From assembly GCF_009914755.1 (NCBI RefSeq), contig NC_060947.1: DNA of 64,000 bases, one strand, 5' to 3'. The position numbers and the translations under genes were made by a program. Shown here piece by piece: positions 26,365-39,185 of the stretch; position 1 is the stretch's first letter, and every line of letters begins with the position of its first letter. This DNA is from the human T2T-CHM13v2.0 reference genome, Homo sapiens. Under the pieces are notes generated by a model. The model had not been told where the DNA came from and did not search any database. It saw nothing but the letters and a program-made list of their open reading frames with translations.

Positions 26365-26590
26365 TGTGTGGAAGGCACTGTGTTGAATGCTCTACAATAC
26401 ATTTATTTAATTTTCACACAAATGTTGCAAAGTAGGTACCAATATTATCCCCATTTTACAGTTGAGGAAACTGAGGTACAGAAAGGTCGAGTGACTTTCC
26501 TCAAAGTCACAGAGCTAGTAAGTGGCAAAGCCAGAATTCAAGCTCGGGTGGTTTGAATTCAGAGGCAAGTACTTCACCCCCATAGTTCAT
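26365..26590 (-). mobile_element. MIR SINE
   Basis: Well-preserved core ATCCCCATTTTACAGTTGAGGAAACTGAGGTACAGAAAGG. Confidence 0.9.
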
Positions 26591-28599
26591 AAAGCACTTG
26601 AGTATCCCGTACCCCAAATTTTCTAGTGACACAGATTGTAATCTGTTTTGGATCCCTTTTCTCCTCATAAACTACTTTCAGGAATGCTCTAAGAGCTCTG
26701 TGTTTACCAGCTACTGATGTCTCTAGAAAAACCATCAGAGTCCATCAAGTAAACTATGCATGTTAAAAAATATTTAGTGATATGTATTCATGATGGATGC
26801 TAAATCTTCCAACGGAGCCATGAAGGTCCATTGCCTAAATGAATGTGCTTCTAGATTTGTCTAAGTACTTACTGTCTAGCATAAATAGTTCACATTATCT
26901 TGGTAAATGCAGAGGGTTGATTTTCTTAGTACAGGTTATTTATACAGCCACAAATAGTCCCAGTTGGTAATGACTTTTGGGTGAGTAATATGGGTTTTAA
27001 GTCTTTTACAAATATATGAAATTTTATGGTAAGTATGCAGTGTTACATTAATATACAACTAATGTCAGAATGGCCTTTGCTGGGATAGTAATGCTGATAA
27101 AAATTTTTTTTGAAAACATTCAGGCTGCAAATATAACAGTTGGTCTGCAAAATTTGAATGTACTCCTTATCCCTATTTACTCTCATCTTATTCTGTCTAT
27201 AAATTATGCTCTACCCTTCCTTTAACACCTGGTACAAAATGCACGTCCAGGAATCCAGTCCCAATTAACTTCACCTAATGCATCACTCCCTCCCTATGTG
27301 CTCTTAGCACCTCTAGATACAGTTCATAGAGACATTTGCTTTTGTTTTCATGTTTTTTGTAAGTGGTCTTAAGTCACTTCATGTATGTTTGTTTTGTCAC
27401 ATTATATAAATTGAATTGTCTTCATGATGTCAGGAAGAGCCGTTGCAAACAGAAGGTGAACAGTAAATAATGTTGACTGACTGCCCTTAAAGAATAGAAA
27501 CATCTGTTTGCTTCAGGTCAAGACTCTTAGAATACTCATTGAATATGGATTTCCTTAATCACAAGGACATGCCAGGAAGAAGGAAAGGAAAGCACTTATA
27601 GTTTTTACAACAAAAAACATAAAAAAAGAATAAAACAAAATCCCTCTCTGTTTGATTTTCTTCATGCCCACTCTGATTGCTTCAGACTGACTGATTAAGG
27701 CTGTCCAACAGTATTTTGTAAATAAGGGATAAAGTCCTCCTACACATTAATTTCTTGAAAAGAATATATGGAGATTTGGGTGTTTCATTCCTCCTTAAAG
27801 TTGCCATAATGCTTTGTAGAATGTGCTAGTGCACCATCTTGCTTCTGTGGTCAGGTGAAGAAGTGAACAGGGAGGTGGTGGTGGTGTATGTGTGTGTGTG
27901 TATAGAGTCTTCTGTCATAATATTGACCCCCTTCTGCTGAGATTTGTGTGATCCCTGATTTATCATCAGAAATTGATCACAAGAGTTTATCTGTATAGGA
28001 GAAAAAGCAAAGCCTTGGAATTGAAGCAAGGAAATTAAGAGCTCAGTTTTGCTTGAACTCATAAATTATAAATTATGAAGGGAAGTTGACAGGCCTGAAT
28101 TTGGTATGATGGAGAAGTATTTTAGAAAAGATCAATGAAATTCATAGGTATTTAATAGAGAAGCATATGGACAAGCATGGCTCCAAATCCAGAAGCTTTG
28201 GAGGGAAATGTCCTGGTGATCATAGTTCTCCTATACCATCCCTGGTCCCGAGCTGTGTCCAAAGAATTGGCTCAATTATTTTCTAGCTCTAAGGATGCTG
28301 GTCTAGCCTAGGAATGACCTAAGGAGTCAACTCTGCTGGCTTATTTTTGCTCTCTTAAGACTAGTTTAAGTTAGGATATCCAGTGCCGTCCTTCAAACAT
28401 GAAGGCAGACCAATTAATCTGCCATCCATAGGACACGGGTTTGTGTAGTTGATCAACTATAAAGGACTGGGCATTCTTGATCTTCTACTCTTTCTCACTA
28501 GGTCTCCTTTATGACCAGTACAACCTTATGCTTGGTCCTGTGCTCACAGCTCTTTGTGTGTTTCCACTATCACAGAATGTGTTCCATTTTACTTGGTAA

Positions 28600-28755
28600 A
28601 ATAATTTTTTATGCAACTAGTAAATATAGTTAGCTATTTATATGACTGTTTCCTTCATCAGACTGTCAGCTAAGGACAGGGTCATGTCTTATTCTCCTCT
28701 GTATCACCAGCACCTAGTAAAAAGCCTGTTCATAAATGTTCTATAAATGGATGAG
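28600..28755 (+). mobile_element. L2 3' end
   Basis: AGACTGTCAGCTAAGGACAGGG...TGTATCACCAGCACCTAG...ATAAATGGATGA. Confidence 0.65.
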
Positions 28756-28794
28756 CCCAAGCTGTGGCCTAGGTGAAGTTAGTTGCAGTAATGA

Positions 28795-29045
28795 AAATAG
28801 TAACAGATAACTGATATTTAGCACTTACTAATACCAGGCCTTGCACTGAGCACTGAAATGAACTATATCACTTAATCCTCACAAACTACTCTGTGTGGAG
28901 TTATCATCTACATTCATAAGTGAAAACACAGAGGCCGAGAGATGTTAAGTCATTTGCCCAAAGACACACAGCTATTAAGTATTAGAGTGAAAATTCAAAC
29001 CAAGGGATGTCAGATTCCAAACCTTCAACATTACACTGCCTGCTA
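28795..29045 (-). mobile_element. MIR SINE
   Basis: TTAATCCTCACAA...GAGATGTTAAGTCATTTGCCCAAAGACACACAGCTA. Confidence 0.8.
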
Positions 29046-30264
29046 GGATGTCAATCTCATGAGAAGAAAATAAGCTTGGCCCATTTGGTGGAGAGCTCAG
29101 AGTGACTTCAGGTTTCTGAACCCAATCTAGTTTCATATTAGAACAGACTTTAATCCAAATTATCCCAGAAATCTGGGGACTTACTAGTGAAATCAGATTT
29201 TTTTCCAGAAGAGGTAGACTACTCCTAATTTGGGGATAAGGATGCTAGTGCTAGAAGAGACTTATGTGGCATGGTGGCATTTGGTTTAAATAGTTTCTTT
29301 ATAATTCTCCCTCATCAGACTGCGTGTTTTCTCTGTTATATTTTCCTAATGTCAGGGATTGGACCTCTAAGAATAGGTGAAAAGTGTCCCTGGCAGAAGG
29401 AATATAACTTATGATGGTCTTGAAGTGAAAAGGAGCTTGGCATAATCAAGCAGCACAAAAGTGGCCAGTGTGGCTGGAACACAGGGACTGAGTGGCAGAA
29501 ACGCTAGATGAGCCTGGGGGCAGGAGGGTTGTGGTAGTGGTGAACTAATTCAGAGCCTCCACAGTACTTGGGGTGAGTTTAGTGGGACAGTGTTACGAAT
29601 GAATAAATAATAATAGGTGGAGATTCTCCCTTACTCTCAGTGAAGTAAATCCCTTGAATATATTGGACATGGCCTCTTTGTTGAATTATCTGCTATAATG
29701 GACTGTGTTCTAAGGAAATCCAGAGTGCAGTCAGGCCCTGAATTATACTCAGAATATCTTCTTAAAGAACGTAGTCTCTATGAAAAATTCAGGAGTAGAG
29801 ACTTTGGGCCAAGATTATACAGTTATATCTACAGAGAGATATAAATATACAGATAATTTAATGAAATGAAATTATTTAAACTCAATATACTCTAATAGAT
29901 TTATTAGGTATGTTGAAACCTTTAGTCGCTAATTACAACTTAATGAAATAACAACTTAATTCCCGTTCCTACTCCCTTCTTTTTCAATCTACAGTTCACA
30001 TAGCAAATTATTCATCTAATGGTTAATCATCTGACTCCTCTATTAGACTCTGATGAGATAGCCTGAGGTTTGAAGAAAATGATTCTTGAAAGACACAAGG
30101 ATTTATGAAACCCAGGGGGCTCCAGGCATCTGAGCTTCCTTACTTTTCTATTGGGAAGATGGGAAGGTGGGGAGGTCCCACATTTTGTACTTTTCTCCAC
30201 AGAAGCATTGGAGGGGGAGGAGAAGGTATGCTGGGAGGTGACCTGGCAATAAAGGGAATAGAAC

Positions 30265-30480
30265 TAACAATTACTGAATGCATACCATGAGTCAGCCATC
30301 TTACATTCATTATGCCATTTAACTGGCACAACAACCATTTGATACAGGTACCATTTGTTATCATTTTACACATGAGGAGATGGAGACTCAGAAAGGCTAA
30401 GTGACTTGCCCAAGCTCATACAGCTAGTTAGGTTGTGGAGCATGGAATCTAATAACGTGCAACTGTGGGTGCCTGCAAAG
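30265..30480 (-). mobile_element. MIR SINE
   Basis: CATTTTACACATGAGGAGATGGAGACTCAGAAAGGCTAAGTGACTTGCCCAAG. Confidence 0.85.
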
Positions 30481-31019
30481 TTTGCTCTTCCAACTTACTC
30501 TGTGCCTGCTTCTCATTTTTCCTAATACCTGAATTCTCCTTGCCTCTCAGATTTTCATCAGGAGGTGGCTTCTCAATCTGGAAATCAGGGCCCATGAGGG
30601 AGGAAAGCTGTAGTAAATATGCTTTGGTGAGCAACTAGCTTTTCTATTTCCAGGATATGAACATCTCATCAGCTGAATAAACTTAAGGTTATTTCTGCCC
30701 ACCCACCCACCTACACTGTCACTATTGCTACCTGACACTTCATGATAACATCACCCTTCAGGATTCTCCAACTGCACGAAATGGAACCCCAGAGATAATT
30801 TGAGGCTGAGCTCAGAATTTATGTACCATGTATCAAAAATGAAACGTTTTAGTCAGGTTTCCTGAGACCCGATAGCCCCAGCTAAACTGGAGGCGAGAGG
30901 GAAATCTTTTTGAGTATGGTTGGTTAGGGAAAGTTCAAGCCTCTGTAGAACATGATGGTGAAGGACCTTTGACAGCCTAAGGCCAGAATAAAGGCAATGG
31001 GTGCTTGGAGTCACTAGGA

Positions 31020-31660
31020 TTAATAGTTCTTTAAAGGCGGGGACCAAGTTTTGTTTTTCGTTTCTAGCACCTAGTACAGTGACTTGCATTAAGTAGGTGC
31101 TCAACAGATGTTTATTAAACATTCAAGTGTAAAATTCTATAAAATATTAATACTTGAAGATAAGTACCTATTTGTTAATAGGCATCTTTTAAAGTAATTC
31201 AAGCTATAAGAACAAAGTCAAGAAAGTATAGTGGTCCTTTGGGGGAATAGCTATGATTAAGAGATAGGGACCCTGACAATGATGTTGCAGAGCCCTAGAT
31301 TTTTGCCCCAACTCTGCCATTAACTGGCTGTGTGCCCATGGACAAGTCACTTGACTACTCTATGCCCCATTTGTCTTATCTGTAAAAATAGAGGGTAAAA
31401 TGTTCCTACAAGTGTTTTATTCATATGTTCATTATTTTATGCACATAATAAAAATACCCAATATTCATTTAGCTCCTCGCAGATTACAGACTCATGTATA
31501 TCACCTCGTTGAAGCCTTCCACAATGTGGTGAGGTAAATATTATCTCAGTTTTACAGATAAAGAAACTAAGGTTCCGGTTATAGAAGTAATTGTAGAAGA
31601 CTACTGCTAAGTAAGTCTTTTGCCTCAAATCCAGTCCTCTTTCCAGGTACCACAGCTCTT
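31020..31660. mobile_element. Cluster of an L2 3' end (~31020-31122, +), MIR (~31290-31410, +) and MIR (~31500-31660, -)
   Basis: AGTAGGTGCTCAACAGATGTTTATT; GGACAAGTCACTTGAC...ATCTGTAAAAATAGAG; CAGTTTTACAGATAAAGAAACTAAGG. Confidence 0.7.
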
Positions 31661-34600
31661 TTCACATAGTAATTAGCTGTATGTAAATAATGCTTCCCAA
31701 GTGCTTGAAAAATCATTTGTTCCCTTAAGTCTTCAAACATCTCTCCTCCAATTGTGTTTGATTGTTAATTTACTCAGCAAATTCATTTCCAAATTTCAAG
31801 CCAGCTGAAGTTGACTTACTAGGAATTTCACATTCTCTAGGTCATAATTAACAAGGCTTGCCTTTATTTTTCTGCAATAAGCCTTGGTTTTTTGGTGAAG
31901 GAAATGCACATGCCCTGCTGGAAGCTTAGGCAGATTATGAGGGGCCGTACTTTTTAGCTTAGCTAGAAATGGAATCTATGTGGGAATTGAACTACCTCTA
32001 TTTCAGCTAACAGCAGAAAGTACACCTGCCTTTGCTTGTATGCAGATTCATATATATTGGTGCAGATATGACATTATTAACAAACCTGTACATGTACCCT
32101 TTTAGAATATTTTGTCTTCCATTAATGGAAAATTAATATATCCAATGACAAAATATCAAATCTACTACTGGATATTTTAACATATATTATGACAAATCAG
32201 ATTCCCTTACCACTTTGTACTGTTGGGAATGAGTCCTCAAATGTACCCTCTTTCCCTAGGGCATGACACACTGGCTACATTTTCATAATTTAACAAAGTA
32301 TAAAGGGACTTTGGCAGATATCACCGAATCTGTCAGATTTAACTGCTTGTAAATTCAATTAGTCGGGGGAAAAACAGCTCTGGAGAATATATCAAAATTC
32401 AATTAGTCAGCAAATCGAGGTTTTTAGCCTACTCTTTTGGGTAATCTATCAAAAGGGAAAGGGTACTTCACACTTATGATCAACTAATTAAATGCATTAG
32501 GCCCTGATGGGATAGTTTTTAATATTCACCACCCTTTCAAGTCTATTTGGCCAGAAAACCTAGTATGAAAGAGTTCCAACAGTAGGCGTTATCTAAACAA
32601 GTGTATAGAATGTCTAATTAAGGTACAGGCTGAAGGTGTTTCCTTGCCTTCTTCTTTTAATTGATTGAAAGAGCCTGGCTCTAAATTTTCAATACCTTTT
32701 AATAACCAATTTAAGTGTTACTGGGATGATAATTTTATTGTACACCAAATACTGCTTTCTTTTGAAAATCTTATCACTAATGAAGGTGTTTATAGCTATT
32801 AACTGATTATAGTAGTGCTCCTTCAAAAAATGGGTTTCTAGTGAGCTAATGATATATCTTAAGTGTTTTGAATGATGTTTAGAGGAATTACAATGTGGAG
32901 TGACTAAACCAGAGGCTGCAAACATTGTATGGGGGTGTTCTTTCAAAGTAAATATGTCATTTCTGTGACTCATAACTTAACTTTGAGTAGATTTATCATA
33001 GGCTTGCTGTAATTGAATTGTTTCAAGGCTGTATTTTCTTTTGTTTGAAATTCATCCCACAGTAGTGCAAATGTTAACAATATTGTTTTGCTTCTTTATA
33101 ATCACTTGTCACCCTCCCCACTATTTGGGCAAACATTTACTGGGAAGCTTTACTCCCTCATCCCTGAAAGGAGAGGAGTGTGGCAGGTCTTGTCATTCTA
33201 AGACAGCAGTTAAGAATAACAACCCATGAGGAATGGTCTGGATTAATGTTTTTGCCACTTGCAGCTCTGCAAATATCCCTGCTTGCTCTCTGACTTTGGT
33301 GAAGTTACAGCTTCTTTCAATTTTGGCTTCCTCATCCATGAACTCCCAATCTCATCCAGTTTAACATTTCCATTCCTTTTTATCTGTTGGCATTCATATC
33401 ATCACACAGTTGTTCTTACCTTTCTTTAGTCTTTTGCTTTCTATCTGACTGTCTTTGGGTAACCTTGGTCTTGTAGTCCTTTTCACCTTGAAACTGGCTC
33501 ACCTTATTTTTATCTCCTCATGCCTTCTATTTATTAATGCAGGACAGCAGAGCCACCTGCTTTCTAATATTTGCGCTAGGCCCTTTTTTGATGACATTGC
33601 TTTCCAGCCTTTCTCTCTGTAATGGGGAGACCTTTTTATCTGTCAAGTGTCACTACCCTACAGGGGAATAAATGAATTGAAGGCAACACAGAAATATAAA
33701 TTAAACTAATTTATACTTATCTGATTTTTAATTAGAGCAGGACACATCAAAGTTTGATCTGTGGGTGGCAAATACATTTATTTACTAGATATTGCATCAA
33801 TTTGTTCCCTGCATAACACATCCAGTTGAACTGTGGTGTGACTGAGAGGTGGAATGATATAGGAAGCAAGGAAAATATTATAGAACACAGGAATTAAGGG
33901 ATTGTTATCATCTGAGCAGGGAATTGGGGAACATTGACCTTAAAGTTGTTATAATCAGCCTCAATTATCAACTCTATCTAGGGCAGATCTTTCAAATCCA
34001 AGTTAGTTTCTCTCTGGCTTCTAGAACACTCCTGGGCTGCTTTTCTGATTGGTAGGTGCTTGGGGAATACAAACTAATTTTAATACTAGCCTGCCAAATT
34101 TAATTGAGAAGGAATATCTGCTACTGAAAATTAAAAATTTGTAAGATAGATGATTGGTTTTGGATAATCTGCCCTTTCAGATTAAATGTATGCAATGAAT
34201 TTAACATGTTATAAGGAAGATCTATATAGCGCAGTGCTTAAGAATGTATCTCTGGATTCAAATAAGTTGAATTTAAACCACAGGTACACTTTGGCTCTTT
34301 GACCATAGGTAAGCTACCTGTCACTCTAAACACTGCTGTAGCAGCTCAGACAGTGGTTTTTTTTTTTCCATAGTGGGCTGTTGAGCCTGTCCCATTCAGA
34401 GAAGACACTCTGAAATTTTAAGAATAAAAAGCCTGGATAATGGCAAACCCACTAACTGATGTTTCACAGATGACTGTACCAAGAGGTGCTGAGGCTTCAA
34501 AAGTAATTTCTATAAGTAAAAAGCAGAGAATGGGGAAAAGTAGCCTAACACCTTTGAACCAGCTCAACTTCTCTCTTTTTTCACACCTCGCTTGAATGGT

Positions 34601-34859
34601 CATACTGACGAGTACTTTCTATATGTTACCTCTCTCCTGTCCCTTTTTCTGTCACTTGCACTTTGTCTTCTCCGCCATTCTCTTCTTACCCATCCCTCTT
34701 CTGTGTGTATTGCCTTTCCCCTACTCCCCATATTCCTATCTCTGTGTCTCCTCTATCATTCATGACTCTTCTCTTTTTGGCATGTGTAATATTGAATTCG
34801 AGTTTAGTTAAAATATTTGTTAACATCATCAAAACAAAACACTTTTATGTATAACCGTG

Positions 34860-35802
34860 ATCAAGAAAGTGAAAAGATAATGTACAGAATGGGAAAAATA
34901 TTTATAAATTATATTGCTAATCAGATATTAGTATCCAGAATATATAAAGAACTCTTACAACTCAACAATGAAAAGATAAGGGACACAGCTTTAAAAAACA
35001 GCAATGGTCATTGTTTCAAAGAAGATACGTAAATTGCAAACAATCCTGTAAAAAGATGCTCAACATCATTAATCATGGAAATGGAAATTAAAAAAAGCAG
35101 TGAGGTACCATTTCACATCTATTTGTATAGCTATAATAATAAAAAAAAGAAACAAACAGCAAAGTTGTGGGGAAATTAGAACACTCCTGCATTGCTGGTG
35201 GGGATGTTAATTGGTTCAGTTACTGTGGAAAGCAGTTTGGCAGTTTCTCAAAAGGTTAAACAGAGAATTGCCATATGACCCAGCAAATCTGCTCTTAGAT
35301 ATATATGTGAAAGAACTGAAAACAGAGACTCCAACAAATACATGTACAGCCATGTTTGTAGCAGCACTACTTAAAATTGCCAAAAGGTGCAAATGGGCCA
35401 AAAGTTTATCAGTGGATAAATGGGTAAACAAATTATGGTACATACATACAATGGAATATTATTTAGCCGTAAAAGGTAACGTACAATGTGGACAAACCCT
35501 GAAAACATGTTATATTAAAGAAGTCAGATGCAGATGTAGAAGGCTACATATTGTGTAATCCACTTATATGAAAATCCAGAATAAGCAAATCCATAGAGAC
35601 AGAAAGCAGATTAGTAGTTTCAAGGGCTAAGGTGAGGCAGAGATGATAAAGAAAATGCTTAATGGCTATGGGGTTTTGCTTAGGGATTAGTGAAAATGTT
35701 GTGGGACTAGACTGAGATGTTCTGGGACTAGCCTTGTGAACGTACTGAATGCCACTGAATTGTTCACTTTAAAATGTTTGTTATATGAATTTCACTTCAA
35801 TA
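34860..35802 (+). mobile_element. Old L1MB-type 3' end
   Basis: Degenerate ORF2 C-terminus (track 35211..35558) and 3'UTR ending CCACTGAATTGTTCACTTTAAAATG. Confidence 0.88.
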
Positions 35803-35825
35803 CATTTTATGTACAGATGTACATA

Positions 35826-36433
35826 TACTCATTTGCTGCGTAACATGGGTCAATGATGAATTACATATAGGATGATGGTCTCATAAAATTATAATGGATC
35901 TGAAAAACTCCTATCATCTAGAAAAGTCATAGCCATAATAGCACAATGCATTCCTCACCTGCTTGTGATAATGCTGGTGTAAACAAACCTACTGCATCGC
36001 CAGTCATATAAAAGTATAGCACATACAATTATGTACAGTACTTAATGCTTGATAGTGATTATAAATGTCTATGTTACTGGTTTATGTATTTACTATACTC
36101 TTTATCATTGTTTTAGAGTGTGCTCCTTCTACCTATAAAAAAAAGTCAACTGTAAAACAGCCTCAGGTGGGTCCTTCAGGAGATATGCCAGAAGGCATTG
36201 TTATCATAGGAGACAACAGCTCTCTGCGTGTTATTGTCCACTGTACCTTTCCTATGTTCAGGTCTGTTTAGATACACAAATACTGACCTTTGTGTTACAA
36301 TTGCCTACAATATTCAGTACAGTAACATGCTGTATACATGTGTAGCCTAGGAGCAATAGGCTGTACCATATGACCTATCTGTAGTAGGCTATAATCTAGG
36401 TTTGTGTAAGTACACTCTGTGAATACATGACTG
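35826..36433. mobile_element. Tigger3/MER7 (TcMar-Tigger), about 610 bp (Tigger3c-like)
   Basis: TA-flanked termini (...CATGACTG|TA). Internal GGTGTAAACAAACCTACTGC and TAGCCTAGGAGCAATAGGCTGTACC. Confidence 0.85.
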
Positions 36434-38809
36434 TATGCATGTTCTGAGATATACACACACCCATTAAAGCTATTGATCTTGTGTTTTACCTTTATGTGAC
36501 ACTTTACCTTTAAAGTTCTCTTTGTGTGCATGTGTACAGGGGTTGGGAAGAAGCAGTTCAGTATCATTTAATAAGGGGGAGAAACCCAACCCCAAGATAC
36601 TTGATGAAATCTAAGGAATACAGTCTAAGTAACACCTACCTGCTCCTCCCACCAATATAAGAAGAGCTAAAATCATTAATGCATGTATGTATAGGAAAAT
36701 AATGAAAGACAAATATGGCAAAATGAGGTCAGTTCAAAGGATTTATCTGTGTGCTAAGAGATGAGATAGAGGCTAGTGGCATGAGAAAAGCAAAAATGGA
36801 AATAAGAGGAAAATGAATAGGTAGAACTGAGGGCAATGACCTGGCTCATTGGAAAAAAAAAAAGATTTTTTGGTAAATATTCTGTATTCCAACCATGTCT
36901 AATAGGGATTTATGAAGTGGGGGAGGAGACACTGGAAGAGAGAGAGAGTAAATATGAATGTATTTGTATTAAAATCTCTAGAATAAATGTAGTCATATAA
37001 ATCTCTGGAATACAAATTTTCACTTCAGTACTTCACTGTGCAAAATAGTTTCTGAGGCAATGAAGGAACATACCAGGGCTATTAGAGAAAGCTATGGGAT
37101 TGGCAAATCAGTGAGGGAGGACTTGCCAGCTTTGAATGCCTAGTAAGTTTATTTACAGTATACCCCTGCTTGGTCCATGAACTGTAGTCTTACCACAGAA
37201 ATAGCTGGAATTTTGAGAAAAACTGTTTTTGAAGTTATAAATGATCAGCTGCTGTAATACTGGCTTATAAGACCAGATAGTGTGGCCACAAGTGAAAAGA
37301 GAATAACCTAGGAAGTTCCCCTCTTCTCCATGAGTTGTCATTAACTGTTTGATTGTTCCCAGCAGTATTATAACTCTCCCTTTTCCCTGGAGCAGTCTGC
37401 CATTTTTGCAAAGTGAGGACCAATTTAATGGGGTTTACTTAATGGATTGATAAGGCTGAGGGGCAAAGGTTTGCCACAGGGAATAAATTGATGGTTAATG
37501 TATTTTTGCCTCCAAGGCCAGAAAGGAGACATAATGAAAAGAGTGAAGTGAAAAGATAAGACTAGGGTTTAAACGACAGCTTGTGGTCCTCTGCAGATGA
37601 TTCATTTCTGCTGCTTGGCATGTGCTTTAGACCTATATGTTTACAAGGACAAAAATGGGAAAATTACTCCCTTATCCTCTATATATGTACAATATATATA
37701 AGGACCTATTCCTAAGGTCCTTGTAAATCCCTAGCCCTTAAATAAATATACATTTGAGAGAAAATATCACAATATAGATTTAACATTGTATGGAGTAGGG
37801 AGTAGACCAGTAATTTTTTTTCTCACTGAACGAACATTTAAAACATTAATATCCTCTTGCATCACTAAGAGCAGTAAGACTGCACCATCCCCTGGTTATT
37901 AGTGTTCATAGCAAGCTGTGTGAATCTTGTTGGCAAAACTTTACTAGCCTTTGTAGCAGCCCCTGACCCAGGGGCATCTCTACAAATCCCCTTTGACAGC
38001 TGTTTTCATATGCACTGAGAATAGACAAGAAGAGGTAGATTTTGACTGAAACAGGAGGCATTTTGGTGAGAGTTATTTCAAGGAATTTTATTGGGAGGAA
38101 CTTTTTTTCAGATTGATAATAAAAACAGGTCCATAGGCAAAAGCTTTATAACAGTATTTTAATGGCAAATTAGGTGTGTTTGCATCAGTTCTGTAAGCTT
38201 TCAATGCTGGTGTTTTAGGAGACAAATGTCCTACTTTCCTACAGAATTGTCCCTGGTGTTACTATTGGAGAGCAAATTATGTACTGCATGGGCCCTGGGA
38301 TATCTTTAATTAGTCAGTGACGAAAGCTGGGAAATCTTTCACCAATATTCTTTAACTTTCAGGTTTAGGATGGCTCTAACCTGGCCTGGGTAAAGAATAA
38401 TGGACTTGGTGACCCTCCAAGGCCACTTCCATTTCAGTGATTCTATTACCTACTTCTGTCAATATTTCTCCACTTCCTCCTCCCCTGCAGAAATGAGAGA
38501 AATACAAAGCAATTTGTGATCAGCTTCCCTAACAAGCCCCCTACACAGACCACGAATATGAGCTCAAAGCACATTACTTGAAATTGTTTAAAATGTAATC
38601 CCTTCCACCTTACTCTTGTTTTCACTCAGGACAGAGAACTTGTTTTTGAAATTCAGACTCTTATTTCTATACTCAGAGGCATGCAACCACAATCAAGATG
38701 GGGTTTGGTTGAATTCAAGTTTTTTAAACCTATTCTTCATGTATAACATCACATCTTTTTATGTGTATATATATATATATGTAGAATTATATGTGTAATA
38801 AATTACTTC

Positions 38810-39150
38810 AGTTAAGTTGTGTGAGGCTAGGGTAGGCTGCAGTAATAATCAACACTCACATTTCAGTGGTTTAACCCAATAGAAGTTTACTTCTTCTGAG
38901 AGTCCAGGTTGCTTTCCAGGGAACCCGTTTCCATATAGTGACTCAGGGGCTTAGACTGCTTTGATCTGATAGTTTCAGCCTCATCTCTGAAATGACATAT
39001 GTTCACTTCCCCTCATGGGCCATTGGTCAGAATTAATTACCTGGCTTTGCCTAAATTTAAGGGGGCAGAGAGAAGCCGAGAAATAAGTCTTCCATGTTTC
39101 CAGAAGGAGAGGAGAATTTTTGATATAGGTGAATAATAGGGATATATACA
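38810..39150 (-). mobile_element. MaLR LTR (MLT1I/J-like)
   Basis: GCTGCAGTAATAA...TCAGTGGTTTAACCCAATAGAAGTTTA...GCCATTGGTCAGAA. Confidence 0.65.
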
Positions 39151-39185
39151 AGTTTAGTGAATGAGTCTGCTTAAGAAAATTTTGA

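Noticed and set aside
38796-38813. Exact 18-bp inverted match (TAATAAATTACTTCAGTT) to the putative transduced tag at 55375-55392
   Set aside because: Very AT-rich, does not extend, and has no L1 3' end next to it. Plausibly chance in 64 kb.
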